The notes below the pieces were generated by a model, which was not told where the DNA came from, ran no database searches, and worked only from the letters and a program-made list of their open reading frames with translations. From NCBI GenBank assembly GCA_016930185.1, contig JAFGHK010000059.1, positions 9,251-73,250 of the forward strand: 64,000 nt of DNA, given 5' to 3'. The first letter of the stretch is position 1, and each line of letters opens with the position of its first letter. Below, piece by piece: positions 53,455 to 61,763 of the stretch. The translations under genes were made by a program, and so were the position numbers. The DNA comes from Dehalococcoidales bacterium. Lineage in GTDB: Bacteria; Chloroflexota; Dehalococcoidia; Dehalococcoidales; RBG-16-60-22.

Positions 53455-55971
53455 TTATGAGTCTTTTTTCATCTTGCGGAAAAGTGGCGACGGCCACCAG
53501 TTCCAACGCCCCAGCAAAGTCGCCAGTGCCGGCACTAGGAGAGCGCGTACCAGGAAAGTATCGATTAACACGCCGATAGCGATAGCTACGCCTATATGGA
53601 GGACCATGGGGAAAGTTGAGCTCGCCAGCGTGGCAAAGGTGCCGGCCAGGATAATGCCGCAGGAAGTGATAACGTTGCCGGTATTGGCAACGGCCTGGTG
53701 AACTGCTTCTTTGATTGACTTGTTCTGCGATTCTTCGCGGATTCGTGATACGAGGAAAATATTGTAGTCCGCCCCCACCGCCGCCAGCATGACAAAGACG
53801 AAGACTGGCAGCATGTTAATCAGGCTTTCGAATTTCAACAGGTCTAAAAAGATCCAGGCGGTTAAGCCGAGCGTAGTGCCGTAGTTAAGCAGCACCGTTA
53901 ATACCATGTATATCGGGGCTAAAAGACTGCGCAGCAATATAACGATGACGAATAGTATGCCTATTGAAGTGACGACAATTACTATAGTCAGGTCGTCATT
54001 GCTGGTTTTTACCATATCTGTGTATAGGGCTGTCTCCCCGCCGACATAATGTTCAATTTCTCCAACGTCGGAAGCTGCTATGGCGGCAGTTACTGCCTCC
54101 CGTATATCCGGCAGGACAAGCGCGGCGTCATTTGAATAGGGGTCGACATCCAGTATCAGGTACATCCTCGCAGTGGTGCCGTCGGCGGAAAAATAGACCG
54201 CCTTAAGCCAGTCAACGAACACGCCGCTGCCATTTAGTTGAAACTCATTACCCAGGCCGGTCAGGGCATCGCCGAGGTCGTAAAGCGATGTCTGGAGCTG
54301 CGAAATCAGGTCCGGTAATTCTGAAGGTGATGCCGTATTAATCTGAACTGCCAGCGCAGAGACCTGCGGAAGTATAGCCGACGATGATATAAAATTAGGA
54401 CTTTGCGTGACCCCCGGGTACTCTAGCGCCAGGGCTTCCAGTTGGTCGGATTGGGACTGCAGCAGTGACAAACTGCTGGAGCTGAAGACGGGCGTAGTTA
54501 CTATATCTCCGAGACTTTTGACCTGTTCCCCGAGGCTGATGAGCTGGTCACCGGCAATAGAGGGATAATCGACTCTTGACAGGTCTTCGTCTTCGGTCAG
54601 CTTCTGTGCCACCTGGTCGATGCCTTCAAGCGAGTCCGGAGTAAGCAGATTGCCGCTTTCCGATTGCAGTACCAGGGTCAGCGGTGATAACTCGCCAACC
54701 GGGAAATGGTCCCTGATTATATTAAGCCCCTGGCTGGATTCCTCACCGGAGGATAGCTGCGTCAGTACATTGGCGGACAATTTGAACCCGGGTATGGCTA
54801 AGTACGGGATAAGCAGCACTATAATAATAGGTACGGCTGTAAGTATAGGGTGGCGGGAAATCCATTCACCGGTTTTTGCCCAGCCCCAACGCCTCTTTTT
54901 TGGTTTCGTTTCTTCCTTCGGCTTGTTCTTAGTTGGCCAGAACAGGAAGCGCCCGAAAATGGATATCAATGCGGGCACGAGAGTTACTCCGGCGGCAAGT
55001 GTAACGGCGATGCCTATGGCGAGGGCGTAGCCGCTGGTTTGAGTCATCCCAAAGCGTGACACGCTCAAGCAAAGGAAGGCGATGATTACGGTAATTGCGC
55101 TGGCAAAAATAACGGGCCCGATTTGCCTCATCGTGAAGTCGATTCCCCGTGTGTTATCGGCACGTGCTGTTTCTTCACGGAAGCGGGAAATGATAAACAG
55201 ACAGTAATCCGTGCCCACGCCGAATATAGTAACCACCATGTAGGCGTCGATTACGGTGGAAATGCTTAATCCGGCCCCGGCAAGATAACCGATGATACCG
55301 CGCGCGACCAGGAAGCTGACTCCAATCGCTACCAGGGGCACCAGGGCGGCAATCGGCGAGCGATAGACTATTAGGAGCAGGACAATGACCAGGATAATCG
55401 TTACCAGGGTGGTGTTGTCGATTGTGCGCTGGACCGATTCAAACATGTCATGGATGAAGCCCATGCTCCCGGTGAAATAGATAGATGTTTCCGGATAAAG
55501 GGCGAATTGCTTGCGGATGGTTTTTATTGCCTGCTCTACATTTTCGTCCAGCGCCGAGGAGGAAAACCCCACGGACATCATCATCGTGGTATCGTCCTGG
55601 CTGACGAGGGAAGAGCGCAGGGCTTCGCTATCGAATATCGAGGTAACGCGGGTGACCGCCTCGGGGCTGTTATCTGAAATGAGCCAGTTGCGCAGTTTCA
55701 AGGCCTGGTCCATATCTTGTTGATTCAGACCTTGTTCATTATAAACGACGATTGTGCCGCTGGTTTCCTGCGCACCGGAGCCGAATTTTTCATTCAGGAG
55801 ATCGCGGGCATAGACGGACTCAGTCTTTTCCGGGAGAAACTGACTCTGGTCGGTAATTCCGACCTCCGATAGAGTCGGCGCCTGGAACACAAGAAATATG
55901 GTGATGGCTAGCCAGCAGCCGAGGATGTAAAAGCGGTATTTATGAGCAAAACGTCCGAGTGCGGAGAACAT
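53455..55971 (-). CDS. MMPL-family RND-type membrane transporter
   Basis: Two halves, each a large extracytoplasmic domain followed by a 5-6-TM bundle. Motifs GTDYCLFIISRFREE and GADYNIFLVSRIREE. Confidence 0.88.
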   Translation of the reverse strand: MFSALGRFAHKYRFYILGCWLAITIFLVFQAPTLSEVGITDQSQFLPEKTESVYARDLLNEKFGSGAQETSGTIVVYNEQGLNQQDMDQALKLRNWLISDNSPEAVTRVTSIFDSEALRSSLVSQDDTTMMMSVGFSSSALDENVEQAIKTIRKQFALYPETSIYFTGSMGFIHDMFESVQRTIDNTTLVTIILVIVLLLIVYRSPIAALVPLVAIGVSFLVARGIIGYLAGAGLSISTVIDAYMVVTIFGVGTDYCLFIISRFREETARADNTRGIDFTMRQIGPVIFASAITVIIAFLCLSVSRFGMTQTSGYALAIGIAVTLAAGVTLVPALISIFGRFLFWPTKNKPKEETKPKKRRWGWAKTGEWISRHPILTAVPIIIVLLIPYLAIPGFKLSANVLTQLSSGEESSQGLNIIRDHFPVGELSPLTLVLQSESGNLLTPDSLEGIDQVAQKLTEDEDLSRVDYPSIAGDQLISLGEQVKSLGDIVTTPVFSSSSLSLLQSQSDQLEALALEYPGVTQSPNFISSSAILPQVSALAVQINTASPSELPDLISQLQTSLYDLGDALTGLGNEFQLNGSGVFVDWLKAVYFSADGTTARMYLILDVDPYSNDAALVLPDIREAVTAAIAASDVGEIEHYVGGETALYTDMVKTSNDDLTIVIVVTSIGILFVIVILLRSLLAPIYMVLTVLLNYGTTLGLTAWIFLDLLKFESLINMLPVFVFVMLAAVGADYNIFLVSRIREESQNKSIKEAVHQAVANTGNVITSCGIILAGTFATLASSTFPMVLHIGVAIAIGVLIDTFLVRALLVPALATLLGRWNWWPSPLFRKMKKDS

Positions 55972-56140
55972 TGTTACTTAATTATATAGTCCTGTTCGTG
56001 CGATTGTCCATACCTAGAATAACTATAGTTATCTCAATCATATCACAAGATAAAACGATGGCTGATGCGGCGGGAAATAGAGCTGAAGTAAATAGTGGCA
56101 TATATACCGAATTATCAAGGGTGCTTATTGGTCTGGGGGG

Positions 56141-57379
56141 TCACTTTTCAGAGGCGTGTTTCTTCGTCTTGGACGCCGGTTTTGATTGAGGTTGCTCTTT
56201 AGCTCCGGCAAGTTCCAGGGTGCGGTTAGCTATTTCTGTGGCCTGGTTAACGATACTGGTCCATTTTTCACCAGCCTCGCTCTCTGCCCTGACTACAATA
56301 TCTCTTGCCTTTTGTTCCGCCGCATGGATGATTTTGCTGGCCTTCTCCCGGCTTTCTTTTATCAATTTAGTAGACTCCGCGGCTGTTTCGGATTTGGCTT
56401 TGTCCACCGCCTCGGCGAGAAGTCTGGCGGAATCTTTGTCTGCTTTGGCTTTTACCTTGGCCATGAGTTCTTTCGCGGTATTTTCGTTAGCGGCTTTTAG
56501 CTTGGTCGGTAGCGCTTCTGCATCTTTTTCTGCTTTAGCGATAATCTTAGAGGCTCTGCTACGGGCATCGGCTAGTACTTTGGCTGCGTCTTCTTCGGCG
56601 TTGGCTCTGGCGCGGTCGGCTATTTCAACGGCTGATTTTTCTGCTTCGTTAATGATTTCCGATACCTGTTCCTTGGCCTCGGTAATCAGCTTGGCAGCTT
56701 CCGCTTTTGCGGTTTTTATAACATCTTCTTTAGCTGTTAATTGGCAGTTAGCTGCTAGTGCATCATGGACGATTTCCTCTGACTTGCGGTGTGCTTCACT
56801 TACGAGTTTATCCGCCTCTCCCTTCGCCTTGGCATAAATATCTTCTTGGGCCGTCATTTCCTTGACGGTAAGCTCCGCCATGTCGATTATCTGGGCGGCT
56901 TTTTGGCGGGCTTCCGCGATTATAGCGGCCGCGGTGGTTTCGGCTTCGGTCTTGATTTTATGCAGTATGTGGGTGGCTTGGTGTTCCGCGTTTTGGATGA
57001 TTTTCTCGGCCTTCCCCTTGGTCTCGTCTATAAGCTTGGCGGATTTTGTCTCTGCTTCATTCTGGCCTTTAACAGCAATATCCCTGGCCACTTGTTCCGC
57101 ACGGGAAATTATTTGAGAAGCTCTTTGCTTGGCATCGTTGAAAACCAGCGTTGATGGCGCAGCACGCTCCTCGGTCCTCTCCTTTGGTTTTGTGTCTTTC
57201 GTCCGTGGTAGCAGACGATTGGTTATAGGGAATTGGGGACGCTTCGCCCCCATTTTTTCAGCTTCCTTTTTTTCGTCTTTTTCAGAAGGGTGGTTAATTG
57301 TCAATGGCTGGTGGCACCAGCGGCAGACTGTGCCGAAGGCTTCCTGCCCGCAGTGCGGGCATTTATGGGGCGTTCTCAT
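56141..57379 (-). CDS. Zn-ribbon protein with ~330-aa Ala/Glu/Lys-rich helical repeat region
   Basis: N-terminal CPHCGQEAFGTVCRWC, then reiterated A-x2-I-I-x2-A-E-x2-A type segments (AEKIIQNAEHQA, AAQIIDMAE, SEIINEAEKSA, SKIIAKAEKDA, SKIIHAAEQKA). Confidence 0.7.
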   Translation of the reverse strand: MRTPHKCPHCGQEAFGTVCRWCHQPLTINHPSEKDEKKEAEKMGAKRPQFPITNRLLPRTKDTKPKERTEERAAPSTLVFNDAKQRASQIISRAEQVARDIAVKGQNEAETKSAKLIDETKGKAEKIIQNAEHQATHILHKIKTEAETTAAAIIAEARQKAAQIIDMAELTVKEMTAQEDIYAKAKGEADKLVSEAHRKSEEIVHDALAANCQLTAKEDVIKTAKAEAAKLITEAKEQVSEIINEAEKSAVEIADRARANAEEDAAKVLADARSRASKIIAKAEKDAEALPTKLKAANENTAKELMAKVKAKADKDSARLLAEAVDKAKSETAAESTKLIKESREKASKIIHAAEQKARDIVVRAESEAGEKWTSIVNQATEIANRTLELAGAKEQPQSKPASKTKKHASEK

Positions 57380-57623
57380 ACAATTACCTCTTTTGTAATA
57401 ACAATGACAATGCCTTCTGGCGATGCATCTTTTTTAGCTCGTATAGCACACATAAAATATCTGGTTAGCATGATTATAACATATCCTGGCAACCAACTTA
57501 AGCCTCCGTATTGAGTAATTGTTCGATAGAAGAATGCTTTGATTTGAGTCTATAAATATCTAAAGTAACCCAAAGTTATCATATGCCTGAAATTGATAGC
57601 CAGAACCCAAGTATTATTGGTGT

Positions 57624-57789
57624 TTCCCCTAGTGGGAATTAAGGGGAATCTTACTATCGACTTGCTGGCTTAGCAAGTAATATCAGAGGTATAAACCTTA
57701 ATCGCGCCGTATCAAATCTATATTAAGGATGTTAGAAAGATTGACCTCCGAAGCTAAACGATTTAACGAGGCTCATTTCTTACCCTCGT
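57624..57789 (+). other. four consecutive stem-loops in the 470-nt pilin upstream region
   Basis: H1 is TTCCCCT (57624-30) / AGGGGAA (57642-48). H2 is ACTTGCT (57660-66) / AGCAAGT (57672-78). H3 is CCTTAAT (57696-702) / ATTAAGG (57722-28). H4 is ACGAGG (57766-71) / CCTCGT (57784-89). Confidence 0.5.
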
Positions 57790-57850
57790 GCTATCTAAGA
57801 ATTTCACCTAATTTTATTATACCGAAAGTCTTAAGAAAAGGAGGGAAAAT

Positions 57851-58225
57851 ATGAAAGGCTTTGCGAAAAAGGGCAGCAAGGGTGAAAAAGGTTTTACCCT
57901 GGTCGAACTACTCATCGTGTTTACCTTGCTGGGAATTCTGGCTGCTATCATGATTCCTAACGTGTCAGGATTAGTCGGCTATGGTCAGACGCAAGGTGCC
58001 GAAGCGGAACTGTCTATCATACAGACGGCGATGGATACCATGATGGCGAAAGAGAACCTCTCTCAAGTCGCCGACACCAGTGGTGTCAATGCTACTAACA
58101 ACATGTCATCGTTCCCTGTCAGTGGCACTTCGCTTTATACCGGCTACGTGCGATTTGAACTGGCCAAGGGCACCTATTCCTGCGACACCACCGGCCTGGT
58201 TACCCAGGAAGACACCGGGTTCTAG
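57851..58225 (+). CDS. type IV pilin / pseudopilin with class III (prepilin) signal peptide
   Basis: MKGFAKKGSKGEKG/FTLVELLIVFTLLGILAAI has a Gly-Phe cleavage site, Glu+5 and a hydrophobic helix. Strong SD AAAGGAGGG. Confidence 0.9.
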   Translation: MKGFAKKGSKGEKGFTLVELLIVFTLLGILAAIMIPNVSGLVGYGQTQGAEAELSIIQTAMDTMMAKENLSQVADTSGVNATNNMSSFPVSGTSLYTGYVRFELAKGTYSCDTTGLVTQEDTGF

Positions 58226-58309
58226 GAGTGTGTGCAGCGTATAAGTTAGTAATTAGTAACTTGTAAGCAAAACAACTGTAAATCAAAACCGGGTATTAGT
58301 GAGTGTTTT

Positions 58310-60577
58310 ATGCCGATGAACACAACAACTACAAATAGCGGTATAAATGATGGCGAAAAGCTGGAGACAACAGCTACGCTGAACGCTAAGACCGGTGAGG
58401 AGACCCAAAAGGCAGCCTCTTTGAATGGCGATTCCAAAGAATTGCTGTTAAGAGCGCAACAAAACGCTCTTGAAGCTAAAGAGGCTGCCTTGGGTGCCAT
58501 CAACCGGTTTTATCAGGAGAGCAAGGCATCTGAAACCAAATCTACGAAAATGTTGACCGAGCTGGAGGATGCACTTCAGCTTGCTTTGGATGCTACGAGG
58601 AAGTCTAGAGGCTCTAAAAATAAACGTAGCCAGGAAACCAGCGAGTCCACCACCGCGCCACAAGACGAAACGAATCTTAAAGAACCAATCAAGATTCTGA
58701 ATGCCAATCCATTCGGCATTGTTGGGGATTTAAAGAGGTCCCTTTTTAAGGTGAAGCCCACCGATGCCGAAGTCAAAGAAGAATTTTACCGGCTGGTAAT
58801 GCGTAAAAGCCCCCAACTGCGCCAGCTTATTGATGATCTAACCGAAGATAAAGCCAGGGTCAGGATTGAAAAAGTCATTTCCCAGGCTAAGTCGGAAATA
58901 GCGGCGGCCCGCGTGGCGGTGAATAAAGTTCAGCAAGAGGTTAACACCACCAAGGAAGAGGCAAAAAAGACCTATCTCGATGCCGAGAACGCCCGCAAAG
59001 CTGCCGAATTACTCATCAGCCAGGTAAAACAGGAAACAATTACCAAGGCTGCTAATGAAATTATCAGGGCCCGCGAAGAAGTGAAAGCAGCTAAAGGAGC
59101 TGCTAGCATGGCTGTTCAACGGGCTGAAGAAGAAATCAGGAAAAATTGTGAAGAAGCGGCAACTGTGGATAGAAACGCCCAGGTTACCGTCGCCTTAGCC
59201 AATGAAAAATTAAAAAAATACGCCGAGGAACTAAAGGCTTATAAACTCCAGGCGCACATTGCGGTCAAACAGGCCCGCGAAGAGGTAAGTAAAGCTAAAG
59301 CGGATGCTGAAGCGGCACGCAGCGTAGTTCAAGAGTCGCTGGAGAAATCTGCTCTGGAAAGCCAGCAGGCTAAGGCGGATATCGAGACCGCCCAGAAAAT
59401 GATGCAGGAAGCTACCGTAATAGCGGAAAAGCATGCTTATGATGAATTCCTGGAAGAAGTTAATGACTTGAGGCAGCAAATAAGCTCTATAAATGCAAAA
59501 TCGCGCGAGGCCATCAATAAAGCACAGCGTGAAAGCCGCGAGGCTAAAGAAGAGCTGGATATGGTGAGAAAGACCAGTGAAGAAGCGGTAAACACGGCGC
59601 GTCGTGAGGCTTCGGAAGCTCGGGAAGAGGCTGAAAGAGCTAAACAGGCATTGATTGAGACAAAAAATCGCTCTAGGGAAGAAACTAGCAAACTGCGACA
59701 GCAAACAGAAACCAGTGTAATACAGGCCAGCGAAGCCATAACGCAGGCCAAGAAAGATATTATAAATATTACCCGCGATGACATTATCAGGTCGAGGCAG
59801 GAACTCGAGGCGCCTTTTATGGCAGCGAAATACGACGACCAGCCGGTATCCGAGAAGCTGGATGCCGGATACGTCGCCACCGTATTACATGAAATGCGCA
59901 GTCCGTTGCACTCTATTTCAGGTTTTACCAAATTAATGAAAGAAGAAGGTGTGACTGATGATGCCACGAGGCAGGAATTCCTCTCTATCATGGAGCAGCA
60001 GAGTGAAACTCTGAACAAACTAATCGATGACCTGTCTGATATTTTAAACAATAAGAATGAAGGACTGACCATCAACGCCGAAGCGGTTTCTTCATACGAC
60101 ATGATTAACGAGGCTATCAACGGCGCGCAATCGATGGCGCAGCAGAAGAACAATCTGATAGGCCATAATCTTAACCCCGAACTGCCGAAGGTAAAAGCCG
60201 ATGCCTCCCGCGTCAAGCAGGTAATTACTAACCTGCTGAACAACGCTATTAAGTTCAGTCCTGAAAACCGCCCTATATTCGTCAAGGCTCAACCGAAGGA
60301 CAATGAATTGGTGGTACAGGTAACTGATTATGGCATTGGCATTCCCAAGGGAGAGCTGAAGGCTATCTTTAACAAGGGGCATCGGGCAGAGAACCGCGGC
60401 GACGTGGAGGGTAGCGGTCTCGGGCTCCATATATGCCATCAGATAGTCAAGGCGCACGGCGGCGATATTTGGGCGGAAAGCGTAGAGGGAGAAGGCAGTA
60501 CCTTCTGTTTTACTCTGCCGAAAGCCGCCGCGGAAAATCCGGAAAATAAAATCGTAGAGAAAAGCTATGTCGGGTAA
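58310..60577 (+). CDS. soluble histidine kinase with ~500-aa coiled-coil N-terminal region
   Basis: No TM helix or PAS/GAF recognised. There is a long A/E/K/Q-rich helical region. H-box LHEMRSPLHSI, N-box LLNNAIKFS, G1 DYGIGIP and G2 GSGLGL. Confidence 0.85.
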   Translation: MPMNTTTTNSGINDGEKLETTATLNAKTGEETQKAASLNGDSKELLLRAQQNALEAKEAALGAINRFYQESKASETKSTKMLTELEDALQLALDATRKSRGSKNKRSQETSESTTAPQDETNLKEPIKILNANPFGIVGDLKRSLFKVKPTDAEVKEEFYRLVMRKSPQLRQLIDDLTEDKARVRIEKVISQAKSEIAAARVAVNKVQQEVNTTKEEAKKTYLDAENARKAAELLISQVKQETITKAANEIIRAREEVKAAKGAASMAVQRAEEEIRKNCEEAATVDRNAQVTVALANEKLKKYAEELKAYKLQAHIAVKQAREEVSKAKADAEAARSVVQESLEKSALESQQAKADIETAQKMMQEATVIAEKHAYDEFLEEVNDLRQQISSINAKSREAINKAQRESREAKEELDMVRKTSEEAVNTARREASEAREEAERAKQALIETKNRSREETSKLRQQTETSVIQASEAITQAKKDIINITRDDIIRSRQELEAPFMAAKYDDQPVSEKLDAGYVATVLHEMRSPLHSISGFTKLMKEEGVTDDATRQEFLSIMEQQSETLNKLIDDLSDILNNKNEGLTINAEAVSSYDMINEAINGAQSMAQQKNNLIGHNLNPELPKVKADASRVKQVITNLLNNAIKFSPENRPIFVKAQPKDNELVVQVTDYGIGIPKGELKAIFNKGHRAENRGDVEGSGLGLHICHQIVKAHGGDIWAESVEGEGSTFCFTLPKAAAENPENKIVEKSYVG

Positions 60578-61763
60578 AGTACTGATAATTGAAGACGACC
60601 CTACCTCTTTGAGGTTGATAGAGTACGCTCTTAAGCAGCGTGGCTACCAGGTCATAACGACTCTTAACGGGCTGGAAGGCATCATAACCGCCCAGAAAGA
60701 GGATCCTGACCTTATTATTCTGGATATTATGCTGCCCGGAATTGACGGCTTTGAGGTATGCCGCAGGCTGCACTCCGGCTCACAGACGGCTAAGATACCG
60801 ATTTTAATTATTTCCGCCAAGACTCAAAAAGAAGATATCAATACCGGGTTTAAGGCCGGCGCTGATGATTACCTGCTCAAACCGGCCTCGCCGACTGAGA
60901 TTATAAATCGCGTGGAGAGTCTGCTTTCCAAGAAAATAACTGGCCAGGCAAAGGTGGTATCTTTTATAAATACCAGCGAGATTCCTGGTCTTACTATGGT
61001 CATGGTCAATGTCGCGGCGGCGCTCGTCGAACAGGAAAAACAGGTTACACTGGTGGACGCATCAAACAGCTATAAAGGACAAAACGGCAAGGATAAAATA
61101 TCTTCAAAACAGGAAGGCCGGGTGATTCTGGAAGTAGATACCATAGATAATGGGGCGCAGGAGCCGGGACTGGAAACACTGCCTTCCGGAATAAGAGTCC
61201 TCCACGTGGATGATGTATTTGACGGTAAAGACGGCGTGTCGGAAACCAGTCTCGACCTCATACAGAAAATCGGCAAGGCTAATGATTATTTGCTGGTCGA
61301 CCTGCCCCTTAAGCCGAATCATTTTACCACCTCGATGCTCAAGAGCAGCGACCTCGTGATGATATTAAGCGAATACCGCATCGATAGTCTCGTTAATACC
61401 AGGAATGCTGTCACGCTGTTGAATTTCCTCGGCGTTACCGCTGAAAAAATGGCTGTCGTGCTGGCGGACCCGGAGGGTAAGAACCAGAACCTGACCACTA
61501 CCAACATGAAGCAGTTTATCGAGGCTAACCTGGGGATTATGCTGGTGGAAGTAGTCTCTTTCGATGCCAAGATGTACCAGCTATTCTACCTGGACAGCCA
61601 GCCCGTAATACAATCCAATCCAAACCAGAAACTGGCACAGGACCTGAAGCGTATCGCCCGGTATATCGCTACGTATAACTATACGGGGCAGGAAACCAGG
61701 CAAACTAAAAAAGTGACTTCTCCCGCGGAGGTGAAAGTTGACGCTGACAAATCACAAGCCTAA
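60567..61763 (+). CDS. response-regulator receiver fused to ParA/MinD/CpaE(TadZ)-like domain with degenerate P-loop
   Basis: REC residues are intact (IIEDDP, ILDIMLPG, IISAKT, LLKP). In the C-terminal domain, VVSFINTSEIPGLTMVMVNVAAALVEQEKQVTLVDAS aligns to xxSxKGGVGKTTxAxNLAxxLAxxGxxVxLVD with KGGVGKT replaced by SEIPGLT. An NDYLLVDLP Walker-B-like segment is present. Confidence 0.75.
   Translation: MSGKVLIIEDDPTSLRLIEYALKQRGYQVITTLNGLEGIITAQKEDPDLIILDIMLPGIDGFEVCRRLHSGSQTAKIPILIISAKTQKEDINTGFKAGADDYLLKPASPTEIINRVESLLSKKITGQAKVVSFINTSEIPGLTMVMVNVAAALVEQEKQVTLVDASNSYKGQNGKDKISSKQEGRVILEVDTIDNGAQEPGLETLPSGIRVLHVDDVFDGKDGVSETSLDLIQKIGKANDYLLVDLPLKPNHFTTSMLKSSDLVMILSEYRIDSLVNTRNAVTLLNFLGVTAEKMAVVLADPEGKNQNLTTTNMKQFIEANLGIMLVEVVSFDAKMYQLFYLDSQPVIQSNPNQKLAQDLKRIARYIATYNYTGQETRQTKKVTSPAEVKVDADKSQA

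Noticed and set aside
56220-56837. 205-aa antisense ORF inside the Zn-ribbon coiled-coil gene (a similar one lies at 59437-60285 inside the kinase gene)
   Set aside because: These are shadow frames of Ala/Glu/Lys-rich coding sequence. Their Ser/Ala/Leu-rich peptides have no start context.
57487-57503. Sigma-54 promoter (TGGCAA...TTAAGC) upstream of the pilin
   Set aside because: The GG-to-GC spacing is two nt longer than the TGGCAC-N5-TTGC consensus and the -12 element is poor. No enhancer-binding protein is encoded nearby.
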